Source: an uncultured Spirochaetota bacterium
GTDB lineage: Bacteria; Spirochaetota; Brevinematia; Brevinematales; JAOACQ01
DNA: 64,000 bases
NCBI GenBank assembly: GCA_963835575.1
Contig: CAWIGG010000002.1
Span: forward strand, 1,856,001 to 1,920,000
Direction of reading: 5' to 3'
Shown here: one piece after another, positions 9,667 to 19,389 of the stretch
Numbering within the stretch: position 1 is the stretch's first letter
Layout of the letters: each line of letters begins with the position of its first letter
Made by a program: the position numbers and the translations under genes
Notes under the pieces: model-generated
Database searches by the model: none
The model's input: the letters and a program-made list of their open reading frames with translations, nothing else
Told to the model about the DNA's origin: nothing

Positions 9667-10482
9667 ATGGAGATGCCTATGAACAAAAAATTAATCAGCC
9701 AGGGCAGGACCGCTGAAGTATATGATATCGGTAATAACAGAATTGTAAAATTATTCAGAAATAATTTTCCTTCCCGGGCAATTGAAGATGAATACAATAT
9801 CTCCCTCATGCTTAACACATCAGGTCTGAGCGTGCCGGAATTCTTTGAAAGAAATAAAACAGACGGCAGGACCGGCCTGGTTTTTGAAAAGATAAACGGA
9901 ACATCCATGTTGAATCTAATGTTTATGAAGCCATGGCGCATCAAATACTACGCCAGGAAAATGGCTGAAATTCACGCTCAAATTCATACAAAGAAACTCG
10001 ATGGGATTCCGGAATTAAAGACAAGGCTGGAATATTTTATCAATCGGACGGATGAGATATCTGATAAAATAAAAGAACCTGTCATAAAGTACCTGCGTCA
10101 ACTCATAACAAACGGGACTTTATGCCACGGCGACATGCATCCGGAGAATATTTTAATATCAAAGGACCGCTATTATATCATCGACTGGATGACGGCAGCG
10201 TCAGGATGCCCGGAGGCCGATGTCGCCCGGACTCTGGTTATTTTGAGGTACAGCAAGGTGCCCAGGAAAATCCCTTTGATATTCAGGATACTGGCTTCCA
10301 TCTCTAAAAATTTATTATGCGGCGCTTATTTAAAGCATTATCTCAAAATAAGCAGACTAAGCCTTGCCGAAATCAACAAATGGCTGCTGCCCACCGCCGC
10401 TGCCAGGCTTTTCGAGAACGGCCCGAATGAAGAAAAAACGGCGCTCAAAAAACTTGTCATGAAAGAATTAAACCGCTATTGA
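9667..10482 (+). CDS. APH-family phosphotransferase
   Basis: GRTAEVY, LCHGDMHPENI, IIDW, DVART. Confidence 0.88.
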   Translation: MEMPMNKKLISQGRTAEVYDIGNNRIVKLFRNNFPSRAIEDEYNISLMLNTSGLSVPEFFERNKTDGRTGLVFEKINGTSMLNLMFMKPWRIKYYARKMAEIHAQIHTKKLDGIPELKTRLEYFINRTDEISDKIKEPVIKYLRQLITNGTLCHGDMHPENILISKDRYYIIDWMTAASGCPEADVARTLVILRYSKVPRKIPLIFRILASISKNLLCGAYLKHYLKISRLSLAEINKWLLPTAAARLFENGPNEEKTALKKLVMKELNRY

Positions 10483-10588
10483 CAGCGCGTTTCCCGGCAG
10501 GGTATAATTTTTCCCGGCAGGAATAATAATTCTTTATAAAATTGTTATGATCCCTGGCTTGTAAATTTGATATTCTGCGAGGTGACAA

Positions 10589-11395
10589 ATGAAACGTGAT
10601 TTTAAAAGCCGGCCCAGGGTCGGGGCTCTTGTGGACAGGAATCCCGATGACGCCAGCAGGACCGCCAAGAGAGCGGCCAGGACCCTCGGCAGCTCATCCT
10701 TCGGCTCTGTTGTCTTAAGCATGGTCGGCGGTTATGTGGATACGTCCGGTTTTATCCTTCTTTTCGGCCTCTTTACCGCTCATGTCACCGGAGACCTTAT
10801 AACGGCCGCCGCGGCCATAACCCAGGGACCGGACAGGGGCGCCTGGGTTCGCCTGACCATGATCCCGGTCTTTATCGTAACAGTCGGGCTTATCACGCTC
10901 TTTACGCGCGCCATCCGCAGACGCGGCGCCGAGACCGTCGCGCCTCTACTCGCTTTGATGACCGTCGCCCTCGCGCTATTCGGCGCGTCGGGCTATTACC
11001 TCCAGCCGTATGCCAGGAAGGCCGGCGCTGTGGCCGTCGCTGTAATAGGCGGATTGGGCGTCGCCGCTATGGGCATCCAGAACGCGCTGATGAAGGGCGC
11101 CCTGCGGAGCTTTGCCCAGACGACGCTTATGACAGGCAACCTTACGCAGTTCACAATCGATCTTACCGACTTCCTTTTTCCTGCGGCACCAAAGGAGAAT
11201 AAAAGGGAACGCTCTCAATTGCGGCGTATCGCGGGGATACATTTGAATAAATCCGGCCTGCCGCTCCTCGGCTTTTTGGCCGGCGCCGCGCTCGGCGCAT
11301 GGCTCACAAAGCTCTACGGATTCCTTTCCATTGCCGCGCCGACCGGAGCCGTGGCATTACTCAGCCTGATCGCGGCCGTGAGGTCGAGAAAATAA
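10589..11395 (+). CDS. YoaK/DUF1275 membrane protein
   Basis: GGYVD, LFTAHVTG, AMGIQNA, TTLMTGNLT; visibly more GC-rich than its neighbours. Confidence 0.9.
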   Translation: MKRDFKSRPRVGALVDRNPDDASRTAKRAARTLGSSSFGSVVLSMVGGYVDTSGFILLFGLFTAHVTGDLITAAAAITQGPDRGAWVRLTMIPVFIVTVGLITLFTRAIRRRGAETVAPLLALMTVALALFGASGYYLQPYARKAGAVAVAVIGGLGVAAMGIQNALMKGALRSFAQTTLMTGNLTQFTIDLTDFLFPAAPKENKRERSQLRRIAGIHLNKSGLPLLGFLAGAALGAWLTKLYGFLSIAAPTGAVALLSLIAAVRSRK

Positions 11396-11430
11396 TGAGA
11401 TTAATAAATCTATTCTTTTTAGTTTTATTA

Positions 11431-11543
11431 TCACGCAAAGCCTGCACTGAGCTAGCCGAATGTGACGAAAAGCCCGCAAAGTTTCAATCAATAAAATTAG
11501 TGAACCCCATTCTCCTCGACCTCTGCGTCTCTGCGGTGAAATA
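11431..11543. repeat. REP-like imperfect inverted repeat (CGCAAAG...CTCTGCGTCTCTGCG)
   Basis: A similar unit occurs at 52272-52322. Confidence 0.5.
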
Positions 11544-11704
11544 AATACTTTTACTAACCAACTGTCTTAAATAATAACTAAATCCTCATAAATCCGTCTC
11601 ATCTGTGCAATTTTGTGAAATTGGGGACAGCATAATGGTTTCATTTTTTTGCCTTATTCATTATTTTCTTTTAAAATAATTCCAGAAGTTTTAAAGAGGA
11701 ATTT

Positions 11705-11809
11705 ATGTACTCTGCCGCAGACAGAATTTTAAGAACAACATCAAAGCCCGCTCATAAGATTGTCAATCAGAACCGGCGCAGCCTGTCTGCATGGAGTCCT
11801 GTTTTATAA
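11705..11809 (+). CDS. putative 34-aa leader peptide
   Basis: AGAGGA RBS, MYSAADRILRTTSKPAHKIVNQNRRSLSAWSPVL*, followed by a terminator just before the next gene. Confidence 0.5.
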   Translation: MYSAADRILRTTSKPAHKIVNQNRRSLSAWSPVL

Positions 11810-11829
11810 AAAATAAAACAGGATAAATC

Positions 11830-11870
11830 AAAACCCGCAGGCTTCCCGCCAGCGGGTTTTTTTATTTTTT
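11830..11870 (+). terminator. attenuator-type intrinsic terminator in 5' leader
   Basis: AAAACCCGC...GCGGGTTTT plus U-tract immediately before the AGGAGG RBS of 11881. Confidence 0.75.
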
Positions 11871-11880
11871 AGGAGGTATT

Positions 11881-12564
11881 ATGTTAAAGGCAAAACAAAT
11901 CAAAAAAATCGCCGCAAAACTCGGCGCTGACATCTGCGGGATCGCATCCGCCGGGCGTTTCAATGGAGCGCCGGAGGGATATCACCCGAAGGACATTTAT
12001 AGTGACGCGAAATCCGTGATCGCTTTCGCGAAGAGATTCCCTGTTTCCGCTCTTTCTTCGAATTCCTTCGCTCCCTACACTGTTTTCTCAGATATTGTAC
12101 GAGAAGAAGTCTCGAAAATAGCCCTTCAACTGTCCTATATAATAGAAGACAGCAGCGGCGTCGGAATACCCATACCTTCATCACCCTACACTTACTACGA
12201 TGAAGCGAAAAAAGAAGGCCGCGGGACCTTGTCGTTCCGGCATGCCGGTTATCTGGCGGGCCTGGGCTTCCTTGGTAAAAACACACTGCTTGTTAATAAG
12301 AAATACGGTAATATGATTACACTTGGGGCCGTCATCACAAACCTGGAACTGGAAAGCGATTCTATCGTTGATTACAACTACTGCCGGGAAAGCTGCTTGC
12401 TCTGTCTTAAAAATTGTCCCTCAAAAGCGCTGGACGGCACAACCGTCAATCAGAAGCTCTGCCGGGAAAACTCGGAGTTTATAAACAAAAAAGGGGATGT
12501 ATTTTACTCATGCGGCCGCTGCAGGACGGTGTGCCCGTATAAAACAGGATATAAAATAAATTAA
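11881..12564 (+). CDS. epoxyqueuosine reductase-like Fe-S protein
   Basis: LGADICGIA, HAGYLAGLGFLGKNTLL, CxxxCxxCxxxCP, CGRCRTVCP. Confidence 0.82.
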   Translation: MLKAKQIKKIAAKLGADICGIASAGRFNGAPEGYHPKDIYSDAKSVIAFAKRFPVSALSSNSFAPYTVFSDIVREEVSKIALQLSYIIEDSSGVGIPIPSSPYTYYDEAKKEGRGTLSFRHAGYLAGLGFLGKNTLLVNKKYGNMITLGAVITNLELESDSIVDYNYCRESCLLCLKNCPSKALDGTTVNQKLCRENSEFINKKGDVFYSCGRCRTVCPYKTGYKIN

Positions 12565-12593
12565 TTCACATCAAATATAATAATGGAAGCGGT

Positions 12594-13331
12594 TTGTTTA
12601 TGAAGGCATATAATTATCAGATCTGGAAGCTGCCGGATATAGTCAAAAATTATTTATCCGGCAGCAGGCTGGCTTTCCCCGGCGCTGTACAGCAGATCGA
12701 ACAGATGCTTAAATTGATTAATTATAATTCAAGCGCTGTTAATTCATTTCTCGATCTGGGCTGCGGCGACGGATTATTAGGTGCTTCAGTACTGGAGAAA
12801 TATCCGGGTTCCAGAGGCGTGTTTCTGGATTTTTCCGGGGAAATGCTTTCTTCCGCTAAAGAGAGGATGAAACAATTTAATAAAAGGATTAAACTGATCA
12901 ATTATGATTACAGTAATCCGGAGTGGACTGTAAAAGTCAATCCTTATGCTCCGTTTGATGTCATAATTACCGGCTATTCTATCCACCATCAGCCGGATAT
13001 CAGAAAAAAAGGGATATATTCTGAAATATACGGTCTTCTTCGGTCAGGCGGGATTTTTCTCAATATTGAACATGTCAAGGCCGGAAGCGTGTGGATCGAG
13101 CGTGTTCACAATGAAAACTTCATTGATGCTTTATATGAATATCAGAAAAATGCCGGCCCCCCAAAAACAAGGGATGAAATATCCAATGATTTTTATACCC
13201 GGGGCGATAAGCAGGCAAACATACTAACCCCGGTCGAAACTCAATGCGGTTGGCTCCGGGATATTGGTTTTAAGGATGTTGACTGTTATTTTAAGATTTT
13301 TGAAATGTCCCTGTTCGGAGGAAGAAAATAA
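12594..13331 (+). CDS. class I SAM-dependent methyltransferase
   Basis: LDLGCGDG, LDFSGEML, SIHH; true start may be ATG 12600. Confidence 0.88.
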   Translation: MFMKAYNYQIWKLPDIVKNYLSGSRLAFPGAVQQIEQMLKLINYNSSAVNSFLDLGCGDGLLGASVLEKYPGSRGVFLDFSGEMLSSAKERMKQFNKRIKLINYDYSNPEWTVKVNPYAPFDVIITGYSIHHQPDIRKKGIYSEIYGLLRSGGIFLNIEHVKAGSVWIERVHNENFIDALYEYQKNAGPPKTRDEISNDFYTRGDKQANILTPVETQCGWLRDIGFKDVDCYFKIFEMSLFGGRK

Positions 13332-13379
13332 ATTGGGTTTTTTACTCATTCCATTTAAAATAATTCTGGAGGAAGTTAA

Positions 13380-14128
13380 ATGTCCGATTCCATCAGACGT
13401 TTTTCAAACCGGGCCGATGATTATGTTAAATACAGGCCGGGCTATCCCCCGGAGATTATTGATTTACTCAGAAAGGAAATTCAACTCACCCCTCGGCAGG
13501 TTATCGCTGATATCGGCTCAGGAACAGAAATATCATCAGAGATGTTTCTAAAAAACGGCAATATTGTCTGCGGCATAGAGCCCAATAAGGAAATGAGGTC
13601 CGCAGCCGAAAAATCTCTAAAAGAATACAAATATTTCATCGGCATTGACGGGCAGGCTGAGAAAACTCAATTAAACGAAAGATCGATTGATATAATCATA
13701 GCCGCTCAATCATTCCACTGGTTTGACCGGAAAAGAATAAAAAAAGAATGGCCAAGGATTTTAAAAATAGACGGATATGTGGTATTATTATGGAACGAAA
13801 GAAAAAGAACCGGCAGTCAGTTCCTGGCCGGATATGAGCTTCTGATAAAGAAATTCGCGAAGGATTATGAAAAGGTCAGGCACTTAAATATCGACAGCAG
13901 TATTTTCAGGGATTTTTTCAAATCCGGTTCTTATGAAACGGTTCAATTTAAAAATGAACAGGTTTTCGGCTTCGAAGGATTGAAAGGCCGGGCTTTATCA
14001 TCATCCTATATGCCGGCCGAAGGCGAAGTCGGTCATGAAATGAACTGAAAGCCCTGTTTAACCGGTGTAATGAAGATGGAAAAATACGATTAGAATATGA
14101 CGTAAAAGTTTATTGGGGAGAAATTTAA
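13380..14128 (+). pseudogene. frameshifted class I SAM methyltransferase
   Basis: YVKYRPGYP, AQSFHWFD; ORF stops at 14048 while the family-typical tail ELKALFNRCNEDGKIRLEYDVKVYWGEI* continues in another frame to 14128. Confidence 0.75.
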
Positions 14129-14148
14129 TAAGCTGAAAGGAGATTTAT

Positions 14149-14520
14149 ATGAGTTCAAAATATTTGATGCCCGGCTTATTAATTATCATTTATATTATTC
14201 TGATGTTCCTCATCAAATCATTAAGGGATAAATTGATCCTATCCATTCCGTTATTTTCTCATGGCTTTTCTTTTATTTTAGTCTGCCTGTCTGTATTATT
14301 GAAACGGCCGGTATTGCTGGTCTCAATTTTCGCCTACCTGGTTTTATTTTCTTTGATCATTTGTTTTTTACTGGGCGTCATATTGCTATTTTTTATAAAA
14401 AAGGAAAACAAAAATCTATTGAATTACTCATTATTATCAGCATTCAGCCTGCTGAACGGAATTATTTTATTCCCGGCTTTCATAGTTTATGATGTATTTA
14501 TTTCCGGGCATTTTTTATAA
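14149..14520 (+). CDS. hypothetical membrane protein
   Basis: AGGAG RBS, highly hydrophobic. Confidence 0.65.
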   Translation: MSSKYLMPGLLIIIYIILMFLIKSLRDKLILSIPLFSHGFSFILVCLSVLLKRPVLLVSIFAYLVLFSLIICFLLGVILLFFIKKENKNLLNYSLLSAFSLLNGIILFPAFIVYDVFISGHFL

Positions 14521-14596
14521 ATTTAAATAATCCAAAAGTTTTTTGTAAAAAATATTTTAAAGATATTCCATTTATATTCAAATTAAGGGGATCCAT

Positions 14597-15274
14597 ATTA
14601 AATACAAGGGCATCATTTTCGACTTCAACGGCACGCTCCTATGGGACTCTGAATTCCATGACGAAGCCTGGAATATCATGTCATTTGAACTCAGAGGCCG
14701 TCCGTTCACATTCGATGAACTTCACCTGAATATGTACGGAATGACAAACAGAGACATCATAGAATATCTTATGCAGAAGAAGCCTGATGAAAAGACATTT
14801 TTGGAACTTTCCCGAAAAAAAGAAGAACTTTACAGAAAAATGTGCCTGTCACATCCCGATAAGTTCCTATTCGCGGAAGGCGTTACCCACTTTCTCGATT
14901 TTTTAAAAGAAAATCAAATTCCCCGCACTATTGCGACAGCTTCAGGCCGGGATAATGTAGAGTTTTTTAACCGGCATTTAAAATTAGAAAAATGGTTTGA
15001 TATAGACTCAATCATTTATGACAACGGCTCGATTCCGGGAAAACCCGCGCCGGATTTTTATCTCTTGGCGGCGGACAAGATAAGGTTAAAACCCTTCGAA
15101 TGCGTCGTCATTGAAGATTCGGCCGCCGGGCTTCTTTCCGCTGAAAGAGCTGGGATCGGAAAGATAATCGCGCTGGTTTCCGATCCGGAAACAAATACCA
15201 TGGAAAAGATGGATAGAATATCTCAAATCATTCATAATTTTAAAAGTATTGATTACTATGAGGTTTTTAATTAA
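14597..15274 (+). CDS. HAD-family phosphatase (beta-PGM-like), probable ATT start
   Basis: Motif I GIIFDFNGTLLWDS lies in frame upstream of the first ATG (14678); also IATAS, GKPAPD, IEDS. Confidence 0.8.
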   Translation: MKYKGIIFDFNGTLLWDSEFHDEAWNIMSFELRGRPFTFDELHLNMYGMTNRDIIEYLMQKKPDEKTFLELSRKKEELYRKMCLSHPDKFLFAEGVTHFLDFLKENQIPRTIATASGRDNVEFFNRHLKLEKWFDIDSIIYDNGSIPGKPAPDFYLLAADKIRLKPFECVVIEDSAAGLLSAERAGIGKIIALVSDPETNTMEKMDRISQIIHNFKSIDYYEVFN

Positions 15275-15313
15275 AATATACTTAAGAAAAAATAAAAACA
15301 TACGGGTATATTT

Positions 15314-16225
15314 ATGGAAAATTTTTCTGATATCATTATTTCAGAAAGCGCCAAGAAAAACAGTGTGCTGGTCGTAGGGCTTGACCCCGATTTGTCCAAC
15401 TTTCCTCATTTTATTACATACCAGGTTGACACGCATAACCTGGAAACTATTGAAAACGCCATCGTTCATTTTAATACGATTGTCATTGACAGTGTTTATC
15501 CGCACGCGCTGGCTGTTAAGACTCAGCTTGCCTATTATGAACTATACGGCAGTTACGGCATCAGGGGCCTCGAAAAAACCATCAAATACGCAAAATCAAA
15601 AGGCCTGATCGTCATCAATGACGCCAAGAGGGGAGACATCGATTCGACTTCCGCCGCCTACGCGAAGGCTTTTTTATCCGGCGGCCCGCTTACCGGCGAT
15701 ATGATGACAGTTAACCCATTTATGGGATCGGACAGCTACTGGCCGTTTATAGAAGAAGCGGAAAAGAATAAAAAAGGTATTTTTTTACTTCTAAAAACAT
15801 CCAATCCTTCATCCGATGATTTTCAGAACCAGATTTTAAAAAGCGGCAAAAAATTTTACGCTTATATGGCCGAACAGTTTTATGATCTTACCTATAAAAC
15901 AATCGGCAGGAATGGATACTCCTACATCGGCTTTGTTGTCGGGGCTTCTCAGCCCGAAGCCGCAAAAGAAATCAGAAAGATGCTCCCCTATTCTCTATTT
16001 TTAGTACCCGGCTTCGGTTTTCAGGGCGGCAAAGCGGACAAACTCGGCTTTTATTTCAGCAGCCAGGGAAACGGCGCATTGATTTCCTCCACAAGGGCCA
16101 TCATTTACTGCTATAAAATGGAATTCCCGGGGAAATCCATAACAGAAGAAGAAATGAAAAAATGCATCGGCGCGAAAGCGCTAAAAGACAATGCGGATTT
16201 AAACAAAGTCAGAAAACAAATTTAA
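15314..16225 (+). CDS. pyrF: orotidine-5'-phosphate decarboxylase
   Basis: VGLDP, DAKRGDIDST, TVNPFMG, KTSNP, VVGA, LVPGFGFQGG. Confidence 0.93.
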   Translation: MENFSDIIISESAKKNSVLVVGLDPDLSNFPHFITYQVDTHNLETIENAIVHFNTIVIDSVYPHALAVKTQLAYYELYGSYGIRGLEKTIKYAKSKGLIVINDAKRGDIDSTSAAYAKAFLSGGPLTGDMMTVNPFMGSDSYWPFIEEAEKNKKGIFLLLKTSNPSSDDFQNQILKSGKKFYAYMAEQFYDLTYKTIGRNGYSYIGFVVGASQPEAAKEIRKMLPYSLFLVPGFGFQGGKADKLGFYFSSQGNGALISSTRAIIYCYKMEFPGKSITEEEMKKCIGAKALKDNADLNKVRKQI

Positions 16226-16241
16226 CAGCAGGCTATTTTAT

Positions 16242-16835
16242 ATGAAGGCAATCGTCATAGTAGCGCATCCTGATAAAAAAAGCTTTAATCATGTGATCGC
16301 CGAAACAGCGGCGGAAGCACTTCATGAAATGGATTATTCTGTTATATTTCATGACCTTTACAGCGAAAAGTTTGATGCTCTTCTGCCCTCACATGAAATA
16401 CTGAAAAGCGGAAAGTTGGATAGTAAAATAATTAAATACTGCGATGAGTTAATCAGTGCCGACGGTATTATTTTTGTCCATCCCAACTGGTGGGGACAGC
16501 CGCCCGCGATTCTGAAAGGCTACATCGACCGTGTATTCCGTCCCGGCATAGCTTATGAATTCGAGGAAGGCGACAGCGGCGAAGGAATTCCAATAGGATT
16601 ATTAAAGGGTAAAACCGGCCTTGTTTTCAACACATCCAACACACTTCAGGAAAGGGAAATAAGTTTCTTCGGCGACCCTCTCGATCTGATCTGGAAAAAA
16701 TGCCTGTTTGAATTCTGCGGCATCACTCATTATCAAAGAAAGATGTTCAATGTAATCGTCACCAGCACTCTGGAACAAAGGCAAAAATGGCTTGAGGAAA
16801 CCGGAGAAACAGTCGCGGAATATTTTCAAAACTAA
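16242..16835 (+). CDS. NAD(P)H dehydrogenase (quinone), flavodoxin_2 family
   Basis: AHPDKKSFN, DLYSEKFD, PNWWGQPPAILKGYIDRV. Confidence 0.9.
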   Translation: MKAIVIVAHPDKKSFNHVIAETAAEALHEMDYSVIFHDLYSEKFDALLPSHEILKSGKLDSKIIKYCDELISADGIIFVHPNWWGQPPAILKGYIDRVFRPGIAYEFEEGDSGEGIPIGLLKGKTGLVFNTSNTLQEREISFFGDPLDLIWKKCLFEFCGITHYQRKMFNVIVTSTLEQRQKWLEETGETVAEYFQN

Positions 16836-16991
16836 CCGCTTTTTTAAGTCCCGGCAGTAATTTCACGGGCAGCCGGTTTAAATCAGAAATTGACATCTTG
16901 ATATCCAAATGATAATTATTTCCCTTTGACCGATCCAATTTATACTATGTTACACATTTTAAATATGTATAAAATATTTGCATCAGAACTA

Positions 16992-17049
16992 TTGACAAAC
17001 GGATTTCATCGTGTTACAATATATGCACAAGTATATATTTTGAGTAACA
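16992..17049 (+). promoter_or_regulatory. promoter with overlapping inverted repeat
   Basis: TTGACA...TACAAT; TGTTAC AATATAT ... ATATATT ... GTAACA. Confidence 0.5.
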
Positions 17050-17059
17050 GGATAATTTT

Positions 17060-17872
17060 ATGGATTTCAGAAAAAAATACCCTTTAACCATGTCCGAGGT
17101 CATCAATGATTTTGTTGTTTTCCGGGAAAACATCCCCTTCATGTCGAAGCTTCCCTTTCCCTCTCCCGCCGGGATCAGGGACTTTGCCGAATACGCCGGC
17201 TATTCCTACAGCGCGGTCCGGACGGCGCTGTCCCGTGCCAGGGCCGAAGGGAGAATCGGCTCTTTTACCGACAGCCGGGGAAAGATCCGCTACAGGCTGA
17301 CCGAACTGCATAAATCCATCAGCAAGGCCGTCAGCCAGCAGTTCAGCCGGCCCGAGGGATTCATTCTGGCCGTATTTTCGTTTAAAAAAGACAATGAAAA
17401 GGAAAGAAAATCGGTCAGGGACACTCTCAAGCTCCACGGCTTTAAAAAGCTGGCTCAAAACACTTATATCAATGGAAGGATCGACACGGAAGGTATGCTG
17501 AAGTCTATGCGTGAATACGGCGTGGAAAAAAATCTCTATCTCTTCCACTGCCCCGATATCAGCGACCCATCCCTGAAGGAAAAGATTCTTTCCGTATTCA
17601 ATATCGAAGGCAGAAAGATAATCCTTTCTGAATTCTATGAGAGTCTCGTTCAATTCCTGACCGAGAAAGACACATCCGATGATGAAACGGCCAGAAGGCT
17701 TTTTTATGTCGGTCCCGTTCATTACAGAATCTGCTTTGTCGAGGAACCGCCGTTTCCCGAAAAATACCTGCCCAATGATTATCCGTTAAAAAAGATCATT
17801 GATTTTTTCACTGAAACAGCAGAGAAGAACGGGAATAAATTTATTCAATATTACAGCCAAGTCAACAAATAA
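17060..17872 (+). CDS. PaaX-like transcriptional regulator
   Basis: AVRTALSR wHTH, central Cas2-like segment (R..L...GF..L), C-terminal P.LP..YLP..P. Confidence 0.72.
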   Translation: MDFRKKYPLTMSEVINDFVVFRENIPFMSKLPFPSPAGIRDFAEYAGYSYSAVRTALSRARAEGRIGSFTDSRGKIRYRLTELHKSISKAVSQQFSRPEGFILAVFSFKKDNEKERKSVRDTLKLHGFKKLAQNTYINGRIDTEGMLKSMREYGVEKNLYLFHCPDISDPSLKEKILSVFNIEGRKIILSEFYESLVQFLTEKDTSDDETARRLFYVGPVHYRICFVEEPPFPEKYLPNDYPLKKIIDFFTETAEKNGNKFIQYYSQVNK

Positions 17873-17886
17873 AAAGGAGGAATTAT

Positions 17887-19389
17887 ATGGATAAAAAGAT
17901 CGTTATTATCGGTGGCGGCATAGCTGGCCTTTCCGCAGGATGCTACGCCAGGATGAACGGCTATGATACCGAAATTTATGAAATGCATTCTCTGCCCGGC
18001 GGATTCTGTACCGCATGGAAAAGGAACGGCTATGTCTTTGACGGCTGTATACACTGGCTTTTCGGATCAGGTCCGGCTCAGCCTTTTTATAAATACTGGG
18101 AAGAACTCGGCGCTATTCAGAACCGACGGATTTTTAACGCGGATGTATTTTTTCGCTTTATCGGACAGGACGGCCGCATATTGAACTTTTACGCGGATGT
18201 TGACCGGCTGGAAAAACATCTGAAGGAGTTTTCGCCTCAGGATTCCGAAAGCTCTGAAGAACTCTGCCGGCTTATCCGGACTATAAGCAAAATGAAAATA
18301 GACATGGATAAACCCGCCGAATTATATAATATTAAAGATTTTTTAAAAATGATGCATGACATCAAGCCGATGATGAAGGAATTTTTATACTGTTCTTCCA
18401 TAAGCGTGTCTGATTTCGCTCAGAAGTTTAAGGACCCTATGATCCGCGAATGCCTGCCAAAATTGATCTCGCCGGACACAATTCTCAGCGGTCTCGTTAT
18501 GAACCTGGCCGCCCAGAACACAAAAAGCGCCGGATTTCCCGAAGGCGGTTCACTGGAATTCGCTAAAGCAATAGAAAAACGTTTTTCCGCGCTCGGAGGA
18601 AGAATTTTTTATAATAAACGCGTTGAAAAAATCCTTGTTAAAAATAATAAAGCCTGCGGCATCCGCCTTGATGATGGAACGGAAATTCCCGCAGACATTG
18701 TCGTTTCAGCAGGCGATGTCAAAACGGTTCTGGAGAAAATGCTGGACAGGAGATACAAGACCCAAAAGCTCGATTATTTATTCAGCGAGGTTCCAACCTA
18801 TTCCACCGGCTTGCAGGTATCTTTAGGCTTGAAAAATGATTTTTCTGCCGAGTCGGATACCGTAGGCACAAGATTCAAATTAGATAAACCAATGGAAATA
18901 GCCGGTGAAAAAAAGGAATGGCTGCATTTTAAAAATTACAATTTTGACAAAACCATGGCCCCGGCCGGCAAGACATTTGTAATGTCTTTGATTACATCCG
19001 ATTTTAATTACTGGAAAAAACTGCGGCAGGACACAGCGGCTTATAATAAGGAAAAAGAAAGTATCGCGGAACTGGTCATTAATGAGCTTGATAAAAAATA
19101 CCCCGGTTTCCGAAGCAGTGTCGAAACGATCGATGTCGCCACTCCAGTGACTTATGAGCGTTATACTGGAAGCTGGAAGGGGGCCTATATGACATGGAAA
19201 ATGATGCCTCAAAACAGCCGCCTGCTTCAAAGCATTCCCAAACAGATCAAAGGATTGAAGAACTTTTATCTCGCCGGTATGTGGGTTATGTCGCCTGGCG
19301 GCCTTCCATCGGCTGTTAAAACCGGCCGTGATGTAGTCCAGATCATCTGCAGAAAAGACAGGAATATTTTTAAGACAACAAAGCCTTGA
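17887..19389 (+). CDS. FAD-dependent oxidoreductase (phytoene dehydrogenase-like)
   Basis: IIGGGIAGL, DGCIHW, PEGGS, DVATPVTYERYT, PGGLPSAVKTG. Confidence 0.9.
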   Translation: MDKKIVIIGGGIAGLSAGCYARMNGYDTEIYEMHSLPGGFCTAWKRNGYVFDGCIHWLFGSGPAQPFYKYWEELGAIQNRRIFNADVFFRFIGQDGRILNFYADVDRLEKHLKEFSPQDSESSEELCRLIRTISKMKIDMDKPAELYNIKDFLKMMHDIKPMMKEFLYCSSISVSDFAQKFKDPMIRECLPKLISPDTILSGLVMNLAAQNTKSAGFPEGGSLEFAKAIEKRFSALGGRIFYNKRVEKILVKNNKACGIRLDDGTEIPADIVVSAGDVKTVLEKMLDRRYKTQKLDYLFSEVPTYSTGLQVSLGLKNDFSAESDTVGTRFKLDKPMEIAGEKKEWLHFKNYNFDKTMAPAGKTFVMSLITSDFNYWKKLRQDTAAYNKEKESIAELVINELDKKYPGFRSSVETIDVATPVTYERYTGSWKGAYMTWKMMPQNSRLLQSIPKQIKGLKNFYLAGMWVMSPGGLPSAVKTGRDVVQIICRKDRNIFKTTKP

